Source of the DNA: a virus
Taxonomy: Duplodnaviria; Caudoviricetes
Length of the DNA stretch: 59,588 nt
IMG/VR virus record: IMGVR_UViG_3300021403_000011
Coordinates: 1-59,588 of that record
Reading direction: 5' to 3' (one strand)
Shown here: piece after piece, positions 45,360 to 56,023 of the stretch
How positions within the stretch are numbered: the stretch's first letter is position 1
Layout: every line of letters begins with the position of its first letter
Program-made: the position numbers and the translations under genes
Notes under the pieces: generated by a model
What the model was told of the DNA's origin: nothing
Databases searched by the model: none
The model's input: the letters and a program-made list of their open reading frames with translations, nothing else

Positions 45360-45974
45360 ATGGGGTCCGACAGGGTTCCGACTGGGGACGTGGCGGCCGA
45401 GCTCCCGGAGTTGTCCGGGCGCCTCCGGCCGCCCGAGCCCCAGGCGATGCCGCAGACCCTGGCCGGCCGGCTGGTCCCCCTGGCCGACCGGCTGCGCGGG
45501 CTCAAGGCTAGGTTCGGGATCCGGCCTTACCGGGTCTTCCTGGTCCACGCGGTCTGGACCGGCGGTAAGCGCGGCATCGGCCACCAGCAGCTGACGAGCC
45601 GCTTCGAGATCATCCCGCCGCCGCGGGTGCGGGACCTGTCGGGCGTCAATCGGCGCCTGCGGGCCGCGGGGCTGACCGAGGAGGGGGACGTCACGATCGA
45701 TGAGATCTCGGCCAAGTACGCCGAGGACGACCTGATGGGCCGGACGCCCGACCTGCAGAACCCGGAGCTGCGGCGGACGCTGCGCCAGGACGTCGAGTTC
45801 TGGTGGGAGGTCCACGAGGCGCGCGCCGTCGGGGTACCGACCGTCATCCGCCGGTACAGCCCGCCGACCAGCGTGCCGACGCTGTCGCGCGACAACATGC
45901 AGTGGAAGGTGACCCTGACCAAGCAGGGCGAGGACCGCGGGCGTAACGGCGGGACCGACCGCAACGAACCGTGA
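45360..45974 (+). CDS. putative head closure protein
   Basis: GGAGG SD; neck-region position. Confidence 0.55.
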   Translation: MGSDRVPTGDVAAELPELSGRLRPPEPQAMPQTLAGRLVPLADRLRGLKARFGIRPYRVFLVHAVWTGGKRGIGHQQLTSRFEIIPPPRVRDLSGVNRRLRAAGLTEEGDVTIDEISAKYAEDDLMGRTPDLQNPELRRTLRQDVEFWWEVHEARAVGVPTVIRRYSPPTSVPTLSRDNMQWKVTLTKQGEDRGRNGGTDRNEP

Positions 45975-46537
45975 AGTTCACCTTCGATCAGTACGCCGAG
46001 CAGCTCCGCAAGGACGGCCACCTGGTGGAGGACGCCGTGGGCTTCATCCGCAAGACGGTGAAGCTCTACGGCCCGCGCTACGTCCAGGAAGAGATCCAGT
46101 CGGCGACGCCGCGCCAACCGGTGGACCGCGCCACCTACAAGCGGTCATTCCGGTTCGATGACATCCCCGGCGGCGCCGTCGCCTACAACTTCGCGCCCTA
46201 TGCGTCCGTCATCGAGCTCGGGCGTCGGCCGGGCGCGCGCATGCCGCCGCTCGAGCTCATCCTCGCCTGGGTAAAACGCAAGGGGATCGGCAGGGCGATC
46301 CACGGCCCCGTGCAGCCGCAATACGGCCCGCAACAGCGCGGCGCCAGGCGCAAGAGCGACCGGGCGCACGCAGTCGAGAACCAGCAGCACTGGATCGCGC
46401 TGCAGATCGCCCGGAAGATCCGCGCGCGCGGCCTGCCCGCGCACCACATCCTGAAGCTCGCGGGCGAGCGCATCGCGAAGCGGATCGCTGAGGACCTGGT
46501 CAAGGCCCTGGCGGAGGGGAGAGAATCGAGGGAATGA
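45971..46537 (+). CDS. HK97 gp10-like neck/tail completion protein
   Basis: PVD...Y.RS, APYA..IE.GRRPG..PP...I..W..RKG, IARKI..RG. Confidence 0.7.
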   Translation: MKFTFDQYAEQLRKDGHLVEDAVGFIRKTVKLYGPRYVQEEIQSATPRQPVDRATYKRSFRFDDIPGGAVAYNFAPYASVIELGRRPGARMPPLELILAWVKRKGIGRAIHGPVQPQYGPQQRGARRKSDRAHAVENQQHWIALQIARKIRARGLPAHHILKLAGERIAKRIAEDLVKALAEGRESRE

Positions 46538-47187
46538 TCACCCCTGAGCAATTCTCCCGCCACGCGATGACGGACCTCGAGACGGCGATCTCCCTGGCGG
46601 TCGCGCGCACCCTGAGCGTCCCGTTCCCCGGGCCCGGCGGCGTGGGGAAGATCGCCTTCACCCAGATCTTCGAGGACTGGCCGTCCTTCGAGAGCGAGTA
46701 CACGGACCCCTCCGGGGTCATCCTGCCCGATGAGCCGCTGGTGTACGGGCCGAGCCACCTGGTGCCGCACCTGCTCGAAGACACCTGGGAACCGGTCGGC
46801 GAGCCGGGGCTTGGTCTCTATGAGCTGTGCGAAGCGAGCCGCGACCTCGGGTTCCAGTATCGCTCAGGTAGCGCCGCCGAGCGCAACGCGCTGAAGGCCG
46901 GCATCGAGACCGCATTCGTGGTCCCCGAGGTGACGCTGGCGCCGGTGGCGGGCGAGCGCTACGGGATCCTGGCGACGATGCCGGAGTACTGGGGCCTGAC
47001 CGTGCGCCTGGCGATCGCCGATAGCATCAAGCTCGACGACGCCGACAGCGCGGCGAAGAACATCTGGGAGGGGCGCGCGACGATCCGCGCCCAAGCCAAG
47101 CTGGTGAAGTTGGCCGTCGTCCAGCCCTTCCGCGTGCGCATCAAGGAAGTCATCAGCGCCGCGCCGATCCCCCGGCCGGTGCCTTGA
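46534..47187 (+). CDS. putative tail terminator
   Basis: Directly before the sheath. Confidence 0.55.
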   Translation: MITPEQFSRHAMTDLETAISLAVARTLSVPFPGPGGVGKIAFTQIFEDWPSFESEYTDPSGVILPDEPLVYGPSHLVPHLLEDTWEPVGEPGLGLYELCEASRDLGFQYRSGSAAERNALKAGIETAFVVPEVTLAPVAGERYGILATMPEYWGLTVRLAIADSIKLDDADSAAKNIWEGRATIRAQAKLVKLAVVQPFRVRIKEVISAAPIPRPVP

Positions 47188-47218
47188 CAGGCTCCGCGCG
47201 CCGTCCGAGCATCGGGAC

Positions 47219-48904
47219 ATGGCGTTCTTCCTGCGCGTCCTGTCCTTCCCGCCGCTGACCCAGATCACCGCGATCCCGCAGATCGTCGTCATCGACCGGA
47301 CGGGCCCGACGATTTCGTTCGGGACGCAGCCCGGCGCCGCCTGCCTCGTGGGCGAATTCACCGCCGGCCTGTTCGTCCCGACGGAGGTCTTCAGCCAGCA
47401 GGACGTCACCAGCCAGTACACGGGCGACGGCAAAGTCTACCCGTACTTCTCGCAGGACGGGTCGGCCACCCCGATCCAGAACGGCACCCAGGTCGGCTAC
47501 AACGGCAACGGGATGCTGCAGCTGCTGAGCAAGACGTTCCAGCGCCTGATCCTCCAGCGCGTCGACCATGAGGCAGTCACCCTCGACCAGGGCACCGCGA
47601 AGGCGACCCTGTCCGTGACGGTGACGGTCGCCGTGTCCGACCAGGACGGCAGCGGCAACACCAACAAGGACATCGTCATCCCGGCCGGCGCGCGCTTCGG
47701 CGACGCAGTCTTCGGGTCCGCGACGCGCGTCTTCGGCGCCTCGGGCAACACCATCATCCCGGCGGGTACGGCGCTCACGTCGAACCAGGTCACGGTGCAG
47801 GTCCCCTGCTTCCCGATCCGCGTCGTCGAGCCGGTGGTGGCGACGGCGATCGCCGCGGTCGCCACGGTGATCGACCCCGTGCTGCAGAACGTCGCCGCGA
47901 CGACGCTGATCAGCGGCGTGAACAACTCGACGGCGCTCTGGCCCCAGGGTGTCGGCACCACGCTGGCGCTCCGCCTCGAGAGCCAGTACGCGCCGGCGAT
48001 CGCGAAGACGCTCCCGACGAACGCGCCCATGGACGCGATCACCATCATCTGGGCCGCGCGTCGCTCGTCGATCATCCGCCAGGCCCTGGCGCAGAACGCG
48101 AACGACTCGTCTGCCAACAGCCCGACCGGGCGCATCGCGATCGTCGCGGCGGACCCGGCTGCCAACGCCACCAGCGGCGCGGCCTCGGCCGCGGTCACCG
48201 CAGCGATCGGGCTCGCCAGCTCGGACAACTACGTCCAGCCGGCCGACCGCGTGGTCATCTGCTTCCCGATGACGAAGATCTTCGTCCCCGACTTCGGGGT
48301 CAAGGTCGTCACCAACAGCGACGGCTGGATGGCCACGACGCTGTCGAACTTCGCCGAGGAGGTGAACCCCGGCGCGCAGAACGCGTACATCCAGTCGATC
48401 GTCGAGCTGGAGGACGCGTTCATCGCGAACCCGCTGCTCAAGCCCGCGCACACCGCGCTCATCGCCGGCGGCGTCGCGGCGATCCGCCACGACACGAACG
48501 TCGGCTGGGAATTCGTCCAGGGCGTCACCGCGGCGAACAAGGTAACCTGGCCCACGCGCGTGCGCATCCAGCGGCGCCGCATGGCCGACCTGATCGAGGG
48601 GACCCTGGCCCAGCTCGCGGCCCCGTACCTCAAGGGGCCGGCGACCGTCGAGAACGTCGACGCGTTCGTAGGAGCGATCCACTCCTTCATGGACAGCCTC
48701 AAGAGCCCTGACCTCCCCGCGGCGCAGCGGATCGTCGACTACTTCATCGACGAGAAGTCGGAGAACACCCAAGTGCTCAACAGCCAGGGCGTGTTCGTCT
48801 ACAAGGTCTATGCCCAGACCCTGCCGTCGCAGGACTACATCGTGTTCGACACCCAGATCGGCGAGACCGTCGTCATCCCGAACCCCGTCGCCGCTGCGGC
48901 CTAA
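47219..48904 (+). CDS. tail sheath protein
   Basis: 561 aa; C-terminal RIQRRRM.D.I..., NT....GVF...; TTGACA-17-GAGCAT-6-ATG. Confidence 0.8.
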   Translation: MAFFLRVLSFPPLTQITAIPQIVVIDRTGPTISFGTQPGAACLVGEFTAGLFVPTEVFSQQDVTSQYTGDGKVYPYFSQDGSATPIQNGTQVGYNGNGMLQLLSKTFQRLILQRVDHEAVTLDQGTAKATLSVTVTVAVSDQDGSGNTNKDIVIPAGARFGDAVFGSATRVFGASGNTIIPAGTALTSNQVTVQVPCFPIRVVEPVVATAIAAVATVIDPVLQNVAATTLISGVNNSTALWPQGVGTTLALRLESQYAPAIAKTLPTNAPMDAITIIWAARRSSIIRQALAQNANDSSANSPTGRIAIVAADPAANATSGAASAAVTAAIGLASSDNYVQPADRVVICFPMTKIFVPDFGVKVVTNSDGWMATTLSNFAEEVNPGAQNAYIQSIVELEDAFIANPLLKPAHTALIAGGVAAIRHDTNVGWEFVQGVTAANKVTWPTRVRIQRRRMADLIEGTLAQLAAPYLKGPATVENVDAFVGAIHSFMDSLKSPDLPAAQRIVDYFIDEKSENTQVLNSQGVFVYKVYAQTLPSQDYIVFDTQIGETVVIPNPVAAAA

Positions 48905-48916
48905 AGGAGCTGACCG

Positions 48917-49366
48917 ATGCCTGATTCACTTCGCGCCCGCGGCCAGGAGACCCAGCTGCGGATCACCTTGAACGGCCAGATCCTGCGGACGTTCACGTCG
49001 ATCGAGAACTTCACGATCACGTACAACGTGACCATCCTCGAGAAGAACTACATCGGGCAGACGGCGCCGAACTTCGACGAGATCTTCATGGGCAGCGACT
49101 TCGAGTTCTCGCTGGACCCCGAGTCCAGCGAGGCTTTCAAGCTGGCCGACACGATCACCGAGCGCGCCAGCCGGCGCACGGCGCTGTCTGCGGCCATCGT
49201 CAACGTCGTCTCGATCTACAACTTCCCGAATGGCCAGCGCATCCGCGGGACGCTGCCGAACGTCAAGTTCGGGAACATCCCGATCGGCAACGGCGGGCGC
49301 GACCAGTACGTCAACTTCAAGTTCAGCGGGAAGTGCGAGTCGAAGCTCCTGCTCGCCGGGGTGTAG
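48917..49366 (+). CDS. tail tube protein
   Basis: 149 aa beta-rich protein after the sheath; AAGGAG SD. Confidence 0.75.
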   Translation: MPDSLRARGQETQLRITLNGQILRTFTSIENFTITYNVTILEKNYIGQTAPNFDEIFMGSDFEFSLDPESSEAFKLADTITERASRRTALSAAIVNVVSIYNFPNGQRIRGTLPNVKFGNIPIGNGGRDQYVNFKFSGKCESKLLLAGV

Positions 49367-49401
49367 ACTCCTCGGGGTAGGCCAACCCCAAGGAGATCCG
49401 C

Positions 49402-49767
49402 ATGACCATCGCACCCGCCGCCCTCACCCCGCCGACCCTCGCGCTCCCGGAGTACACGTACAAGATCCCCGAGTCCGCGCGCGAGTGGACCACCGACCCC
49501 ACGTCAGTGACCATCCGCAGCTTCACTGTCGGCCTCGAGCTCGACGCGATCGCCGCCGCCGTCGGGGAGCGCGTCCTGGCCTACGAGATCCTCCAGCGCT
49601 GCGTCATCAGGATGAACGGCAAGCCGGTCGACCAGGGCTTCGACCTGATGACCGAGTGCTCCCCCAAGGTCCGTTCCCTGCTAACCACCGCGGTCAATAA
49701 GCTGTTCCTGCCGAGCGCCGACGAGACGAAGGATTTTCTCGGCAGCGTGGAGGTAAAGGTGCCGTAG
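49402..49767 (+). CDS. tail assembly chaperone; predicted -1 frameshift product extends to 49943
   Basis: Between tube and TMP; G GTA AAG at 49752-49758; -1 frame open to TGA 49941-49943. Confidence 0.7.
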   Translation: MTIAPAALTPPTLALPEYTYKIPESAREWTTDPTSVTIRSFTVGLELDAIAAAVGERVLAYEILQRCVIRMNGKPVDQGFDLMTECSPKVRSLLTTAVNKLFLPSADETKDFLGSVEVKVP

Positions 49768-49947
49768 ACCCCGCAGCAGAGCTGCGGAAGGCCAGGGCCG
49801 TCCTGTGGCGCCAGGTGGCCTACGCCTGCAGGTACGGGAAGCAGCCGATGTCGGAGGTCTTCTCCCTGACCCCCGACAACCTCTGCCAGTTCACGGCGGC
49901 CCTGAGCGCCATCGTCGGGGACGAGAGCGACAAGAAAGGCTGACGAC

Positions 49948-51678
49948 GTGAGTGACGAGCACCGGAAGGTAGAGACAGAGTTCACCGCGAAGGACGCCGG
50001 CTACGGGGCCGGGCTCGCGAAGATCTCTCGCGCCTTCTCGGAAGTCCACCACAAGCTCGAGGGGATGCGGGAGAAGATCGGGGAGTTCCGGCGCGAGCAG
50101 GGGCTCACCACCGTCGCGGCTCTCGGGCTCGGGTACGGCATCGGTTCCTGGGTCGAGAAGATCAAGGAGGCGAACGCCGAGTTCTCGTCGACCCAAAAGC
50201 AGATCGCCGGCGTGCTCTCCGGCGCCCTCAACTTCGCCAAGGGGACCGACGAGCTCGAGCGCTACCAGCGCTCGCTGAAGCTCTCGACGGATATCACCAA
50301 GGAGCTGAACGAGACCGCGGGGCGCTTCACGCAGCCGCTCACCGACGTCGCCACGGCGTACAAGAGCATCGCGATCGCGGCCGGCGGCCTGGGCCTCAGC
50401 CAGAAGCAGGTCATGGACCTGACGGTCGCGGCGACGGCGACGGCCAAGCGCTTCGGCGTCAGCGGTGAGCAGGCGGCGACGGCGATCTCCCGCGCGCTGC
50501 AGACCGGCGCGGTCCGCGGCTTCGACCCGTTCGACAGCCGGCTCCGCCAGACCCTGGGCAACATGAAAAAACTGACCCAGGCGCAGCGCTTCGACCACAT
50601 CGAGAAGGCTCTCCGCGGGTCGATGGCGATCGCGGACGCGATGTCGGGCGGCATCGGCGGCGCGCTCTCCCAGGCGCGCCACGCGGTCGAGGGCCTACTC
50701 CGCGACGCGACCGGCCCGCTGTTCAAGGAGATCGCGGTCTCCCTCCAGGCGTGGAGCAAGCACATCCACGAGATGACCAAGGAGGGCAAGCCGATGGTCG
50801 ACATGTTCGCCGACAAGCTGGTCAAGGCCTTCCACGTCCTGCAGGACGTCAGCAAGTTCATCCGCGAGCACTGGGTGGCGATCGGCGCGGTGTTCGCCGG
50901 CATCAAGGCCGGCGGGATGCTGACCAGCGCCGCGGGCGCCCTCGGCGGGCTCGGTGAGACGCTCGGCGGTATGCGCGCCCTGTCTGGCCTGGGAGGCGCG
51001 GCCAGCGGGCTCGGCGGGATGCTCGGCACGCTCGGCGCCGTCGCGCCGGCCCTGGGCGGGATCGTCACCGCGGCCGGCCTCGCGGCGATCGCGCTCCACG
51101 GGGTCTACGAGGAGTGGCAGGGCCGGAAGAAGCAGGCGGCCGACCTCGGCGGGTTCTTCGACGAGATGGGCAAGGTAGCCCAGACGCGGCAGTACCTGAG
51201 GGCCCACGAGGCGGGGCTGACGCCGGACCAGATTGAGGCGGGCAAGGCCTACGCGCAGGCCCACGCGGCGGCGGCGATGGAGGTCCTTAAGCAGAAGAAC
51301 ATGCTCGAGGACGGGGTCCTGGCGATGCAGAAGTTCAACGGCGTCATGGACGCCATGTCCGACGACGTCCGGCAGAACTTCGCGAAGAAGCTCGGCATGG
51401 GCGGCCTCGGCGACGTGTCGAGCAGCATGCTCGGCGCTGCGGCGGCCGAGCTCCTGAACCACACCCAGCAGGCGGTCACGCGTGCGGCGACGCCGGTCAC
51501 CGACGACAAGTCGCTGAAGTTCGCGAAGCAGATAAACAACTTCTACGGCGGCGTCCACGTCGCGATGAAGTTCGAGGACACCGACCTGGACCGGGTCTTC
51601 CCGCGGTTCGTCTCGGCCTTGCAAAACGAGGTATCGAGCCGCACGCAGGCCCTCACCGCCGAGCCACAGGGGGACTAG
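49948..51678 (+). CDS. tape measure protein
   Basis: Helical, Ala/Gly-rich with hydrophobic stretch; position. Confidence 0.8.
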   Translation: MSDEHRKVETEFTAKDAGYGAGLAKISRAFSEVHHKLEGMREKIGEFRREQGLTTVAALGLGYGIGSWVEKIKEANAEFSSTQKQIAGVLSGALNFAKGTDELERYQRSLKLSTDITKELNETAGRFTQPLTDVATAYKSIAIAAGGLGLSQKQVMDLTVAATATAKRFGVSGEQAATAISRALQTGAVRGFDPFDSRLRQTLGNMKKLTQAQRFDHIEKALRGSMAIADAMSGGIGGALSQARHAVEGLLRDATGPLFKEIAVSLQAWSKHIHEMTKEGKPMVDMFADKLVKAFHVLQDVSKFIREHWVAIGAVFAGIKAGGMLTSAAGALGGLGETLGGMRALSGLGGAASGLGGMLGTLGAVAPALGGIVTAAGLAAIALHGVYEEWQGRKKQAADLGGFFDEMGKVAQTRQYLRAHEAGLTPDQIEAGKAYAQAHAAAAMEVLKQKNMLEDGVLAMQKFNGVMDAMSDDVRQNFAKKLGMGGLGDVSSSMLGAAAAELLNHTQQAVTRAATPVTDDKSLKFAKQINNFYGGVHVAMKFEDTDLDRVFPRFVSALQNEVSSRTQALTAEPQGD

Positions 51679-51679
51679 C

Positions 51680-52864
51680 ATGCCGTTCGACTCGCAGGAG
51701 CTCGGGCTCCAGATCAAGCTGCTCGAGGGGTCGATCTCGACGGAGACCCTGCAGACCGGCCAGCCTCCCGGGACGGTGCTGCTCGTCGGCCGCGCGGCGC
51801 ACTTCAAGGGCACCAAGTGGGGCCGCAAGATGCGGGTGCAGACCACCTTCAGCCCGGGCAACCCGAACGGGACCCAGCAGGTCATCGGCCGGACGCTGGA
51901 GCCGACGACGTTCACCGGCGAGTGGAACGACCGCTTCCTGGGCGACGGGCAGGCCCAGGCGCTGCGCGTCCTGTTCGAGCGCATCCACGACGCCGGCGTC
52001 TCGGTGCAGGTCACCTGGGGCGGCGCGCTCGGCGGCGAACCAGGCGCGCCGGTGCTGTCGGGTGAGGCCTACGTCCGGGTCGGGATCATGAGCGCATTCA
52101 CGCCGACGACCGACCGCGTGCAGGACGTCCCATGGGAGGCGACGTTCGACTGGCGCTCGGCGGGCGAACCGGCGGCGCCGCCGATCGCCGCCACCGGCAA
52201 GCTCAACCCGTCGGAGGGGTTCGGCGCGCTGACTGACCAACTCGACCTCGCGACCGCGACCTGGACCGCCGTCAGCCAGGGCCCGCAATTCGCCGCGGGG
52301 ATCTCCCAGGCCGCCGAGAACGCGATGGCCCAGGCGTTCGCCGCGGTGCAGTCGGCGAGCGACACGATCGCGAACGCGACCGCCCAGGTGACGTCGACGG
52401 TCGTCATCCCGACCCAGGCGGCGCTCCAGCTCATCGGCGCGGCGCAGACGGGCCTCCAGTCGATCGCGACCATGGAGTCGACGCTCCTCAACGTCAACCA
52501 GCTGCTGCTCGAGGTGCAGGACAGCGCGCTCGACCTGCTGCGCCTAAAGGACCAGGTCCTGACCACGCTGCAGGTCTGGCTGGGGGCGAAGGGCGCATGC
52601 GTCGACGCGAGCGAGGGGATGCAGCAGTACGTCGAGAGCGACGTCATCGCGGAGGTCCGCGCGCCGGCGGGAACGGACCTCCGCGACCTGGCCATTCGAT
52701 ACTACGGCGACGCCGACCTCTGGTTCGCGATCGCGCGCGCCAACGGGATCGACGGGTCCGCCGTGCCGTCGCCGCCCGGCGGCCCGAGCGACGACCCGGC
52801 GCGGCCGATCAGGATCCCACGCCCGCAGCCGGGGTCCTCGTCTGACATCCGGCAGCAGTGCTAG
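51680..52864 (+). CDS. tail tube initiator with C-terminal LysM/Tail X-like domain
   Basis: DLRDLAIRYYGDADLW.AIARAN. Confidence 0.75.
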   Translation: MPFDSQELGLQIKLLEGSISTETLQTGQPPGTVLLVGRAAHFKGTKWGRKMRVQTTFSPGNPNGTQQVIGRTLEPTTFTGEWNDRFLGDGQAQALRVLFERIHDAGVSVQVTWGGALGGEPGAPVLSGEAYVRVGIMSAFTPTTDRVQDVPWEATFDWRSAGEPAAPPIAATGKLNPSEGFGALTDQLDLATATWTAVSQGPQFAAGISQAAENAMAQAFAAVQSASDTIANATAQVTSTVVIPTQAALQLIGAAQTGLQSIATMESTLLNVNQLLLEVQDSALDLLRLKDQVLTTLQVWLGAKGACVDASEGMQQYVESDVIAEVRAPAGTDLRDLAIRYYGDADLWFAIARANGIDGSAVPSPPGGPSDDPARPIRIPRPQPGSSSDIRQQC

Positions 52865-53027
52865 CGCGTTTGTTCCAGAGCACGGCTTTCTGATCTCCGA
52901 ATGCATTGCCGCGGTAGTTCCTGGGGATAGCAGGCCCCTCGGCGCCGCATTCGAAGCACAGGATCTGATTCCCGTGTGAGCGACATAGGTTCGATGAACC
53001 GCAGAACGGGCAGGGGAGTAGGTCCAT
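52809..53027 (-). CDS. Lar-family restriction alleviation-like protein
   Basis: LLPCPFCG...C.ECGAEGP...A...WNKR; TAATAT 7 nt upstream. Confidence 0.7.
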   Translation of the reverse strand: MDLLPCPFCGSSNLCRSHGNQILCFECGAEGPAIPRNYRGNAFGDQKAVLWNKRASTAAGCQTRTPAAGVGS

Positions 53028-53065
53028 GCCTGGGATATTACCTGCCGGTCCGGTAGCATCGTCCC

Positions 53066-55279
53066 GTGGCCCTGACTGACCTCGCTGTCCTGGCCGGCGC
53101 GCAAGCCCCGGTCGGCGTCTCCCCGGCGCAGACGTCGAAGCCGATCGGCGGCAGCGTCAAGTACGTCTACCGCCCCGGGGTCATCGTCCGCCTGACCATC
53201 CGCCTGGATGACTGGTCGAACGCGGACGGTCCGCAGGCCCAGTCCGAGACCGTGCCCGCCAAGAACCCCGGCGCGCGCGTGATCCAGGAGGCCGCGTCCC
53301 TGCAGGCCCTCCAGGCGGTCCGGCGCGCGTCTGGTGAGTTCGACCCCGCGGCCGACGCCCAGGTCATCACCGCGCAGAAGAAGGTCGCGCGCGTGAAGGC
53401 CGGGAAGACCGCGGGCACGGGCGCGGCGGCGCCGGTTACGGCCACGCCGGACGACCGCACCATCCAGCTCGGCGTCGTGCCGCTCGATATCAGCGTCGAC
53501 CACAACGGCTTCCGGACCGCCGACAAGGTCTCGTTCGAAATCTCCCTGGGCGACCTGCCGCTGCCGCCCGATCTGATCCGGTCGCTGCTGGTCGAGGTCT
53601 TCGTCGGGACCGTCCCGGCGGACGACTTCGGCGACCCCGCGCGCTGGGTGCCGAACATCCTCGGCAACCCGCCCGACTTCCGGGGCTATGCCGAGCAGGA
53701 GAGCATCCAGGCGGACTACCAGACGCTGAAGGTCAGCGTTGACGCGCTCTCACTCGAGCAGCGCCTGATGGTGCTCAAGATCAACCCGTTCACCAAGGAC
53801 CGCGCGATCGCGAAGGGCGGCGAGCCGGTCACCGACTACATCCGCCGGTTGATCGCGACGATCCCCGAATTCAACGGCTCCCTGGGCGACGCCATCGGCG
53901 TCCGGATGTTCCCGAACGTCGCGCCCGACCAGGTTCCGCGCCTGGACGCGGCGCTGTTCAAGCGCAGCCTCCAGTCGGCGCAGTCGCGCGCGCAGGCCGG
54001 CGGCCCCGTGCAGGGCGGCCCACCGCCGGGGATCGACCCGTCCCAGGACCCGTCGGTCGGACAGCCCGGCGGTGTGGGGTTCCCGACGCCATCGCCGGCG
54101 GTCGCGGACGTATCGGTCTGGGACCTGGTCACGAGGGCGGCCGAGCTCGCCGGCGTCCTCCCGGTCTACGACCCGTCGATCGTCGCGCGCGACCTAGGCG
54201 GCAACGTCACTATGCTGGGCGCGAACAACATCCTGCTCGTGCCGCCGCAGACCATCAAGGAGACCCCCCAGGACGGCATCACGATCCCGGGTGGCCCGAC
54301 CGACGGCTTCTCGCGGGACCTGACCGTAGGCGGGACCAGCACCATCCACACCCAGGTCCGCTTCCTGGTGTGGGGCAACAACATCAAGTCGTACAAGATG
54401 ACCCGCAAGTACGGGCGCGAGAAGGCGCCGCGCGTGCGGGTGATGTGCCACAACCCGGACGCGCCGGCAGGCAAGCGCACCATGACGTCGGTGTTCCCCA
54501 CGACGGTCCGGGGAACGTCGGTATCGGCGATCGGGTCGGGGACCGGTAAGGGGCACGCGCCAATCGAGGAGGAGGTCGTCCGCGTGGTGCGCGAGATCCG
54601 GAGCCAGGCGCAGCTCGACGCGATCGCCGTCGCGCTCTACCACGCCATCGGCCGGCGCGAGGTGAGCTGCACCATCGAGACCGACGAGCTTGCGAGCTAC
54701 ATCGACCCGACGCGGCCGGAGACCCACAACGAGAACCCCGACCTCCTGCGGCTTCGCCCGGGGACCCCGTGCCGCGTGCTCGTCGCGCGCCGCGTGGCAG
54801 ACCCGGCGTCCGAGGGCTTCGAGGTAAACGGGCTCTCCGAGCTGATGGACCGGCGCTCGAACCCGGCGTTCCTGCGCAAGGCGCTGATGGACGGGACGAA
54901 CCTGATCGCGCCCGGCCTCGCGCGCGCCAAGCTCGAGGACGCATTGAACAAGCTGGAGAACGCCTTCCAGTCGTCCCGCCTCACCGACTGGTTCTACTGC
55001 CGGAACATGTCCTGGCACTGGTCGTCATCGGACGGCTGGTCGGCGACGATCGAGCTCGCGAACTACGTCGAGGCGCGGAACAGCCCGGCCAACCTGTCGC
55101 CGGCAGACGCCGCGCGCAACAACGCGATCAAGGCGGTGAAGCCGGTATCCAAGCCGGACCTGGCCGCGGCGGCGGCGCTGAGTGCCCAGAACGCGAACCT
55201 GGACGCCCTGATCGCGAAGGCGACGGCGACCCAGACGCCGACGGACCCCGCGCTGGCGGCGGCGCTGAGGGGTGAGTGA
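53066..55279 (+). CDS. baseplate hub protein
   Basis: 737 aa between tube initiator and spike. Confidence 0.6.
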   Translation: MALTDLAVLAGAQAPVGVSPAQTSKPIGGSVKYVYRPGVIVRLTIRLDDWSNADGPQAQSETVPAKNPGARVIQEAASLQALQAVRRASGEFDPAADAQVITAQKKVARVKAGKTAGTGAAAPVTATPDDRTIQLGVVPLDISVDHNGFRTADKVSFEISLGDLPLPPDLIRSLLVEVFVGTVPADDFGDPARWVPNILGNPPDFRGYAEQESIQADYQTLKVSVDALSLEQRLMVLKINPFTKDRAIAKGGEPVTDYIRRLIATIPEFNGSLGDAIGVRMFPNVAPDQVPRLDAALFKRSLQSAQSRAQAGGPVQGGPPPGIDPSQDPSVGQPGGVGFPTPSPAVADVSVWDLVTRAAELAGVLPVYDPSIVARDLGGNVTMLGANNILLVPPQTIKETPQDGITIPGGPTDGFSRDLTVGGTSTIHTQVRFLVWGNNIKSYKMTRKYGREKAPRVRVMCHNPDAPAGKRTMTSVFPTTVRGTSVSAIGSGTGKGHAPIEEEVVRVVREIRSQAQLDAIAVALYHAIGRREVSCTIETDELASYIDPTRPETHNENPDLLRLRPGTPCRVLVARRVADPASEGFEVNGLSELMDRRSNPAFLRKALMDGTNLIAPGLARAKLEDALNKLENAFQSSRLTDWFYCRNMSWHWSSSDGWSATIELANYVEARNSPANLSPADAARNNAIKAVKPVSKPDLAAAAALSAQNANLDALIAKATATQTPTDPALAAALRGE

Positions 55280-56013
55280 TGCCACCACGTAAGTCCAGGC
55301 TCGGGCCGATCGACTTCCGCCGGATGGCGCGCGGCATGGCGCAGCAGGGTAACGACCTCCGGCACTGGGTCTCCTACGCCACCGTCGCCACGGCGAACGG
55401 GGACGACGGGACCATGGACCCAACCGACCCGGACGCCATCCTGGTGACCCCGGCGGGCGTCGAGGTCGACGTCGTGCTCGAGCCGAGCGGCTACCCGTGC
55501 TCCGCGCGGTTCGGCGTCGCGGCCGGCAGCTGCAGCATCAACACCCCGATCCGCCCGGGTGACCAGGTGATCGTCGGGATCCCGGACGGCGACGTCTCCA
55601 TGGTCCCGCAGATCCTGTGCGTCATCACCGGCAGCTCGGACCCGATGCCGGTGGGGGATGACGGGCTTCCGATCTTCCGGAACGACCGGCTGATGATCTA
55701 CGCCGGCGCCGGCCTGCCCATCGAGATCCGTACGTCGAACGGGACGATGGTCCGGATCACCGACGACCTGGTGGAGGTCGGCGGGCAGGGCGTGACCGAG
55801 CAGGCGGTGCTGGGGACCACCCAGCGCCAGGCGGAGGCCACGCTCAACGCTACGACGCCGGAGGGGCTCCAGGGCATCTGGAACGCGGCGCAGGCCGCCT
55901 GCGTCGGTCCACTGGCGCCGCTCAAGCCGATGTTCGTCGCGGCGGCCCTGGCGATCGAGACGTACGAGGCCCAGGCGGACGGGTTCCTATCCGACGTCGT
56001 GAAGCTCCGGTAA
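55276..56013 (+). CDS. baseplate spike (gpV-like)
   Basis: P..PGDQV.V.IPDGD OB-fold signature. Confidence 0.7.
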   Translation: MMPPRKSRLGPIDFRRMARGMAQQGNDLRHWVSYATVATANGDDGTMDPTDPDAILVTPAGVEVDVVLEPSGYPCSARFGVAAGSCSINTPIRPGDQVIVGIPDGDVSMVPQILCVITGSSDPMPVGDDGLPIFRNDRLMIYAGAGLPIEIRTSNGTMVRITDDLVEVGGQGVTEQAVLGTTQRQAEATLNATTPEGLQGIWNAAQAACVGPLAPLKPMFVAAALAIETYEAQADGFLSDVVKLR

Positions 56014-56023
56014 CATCAGGGGC

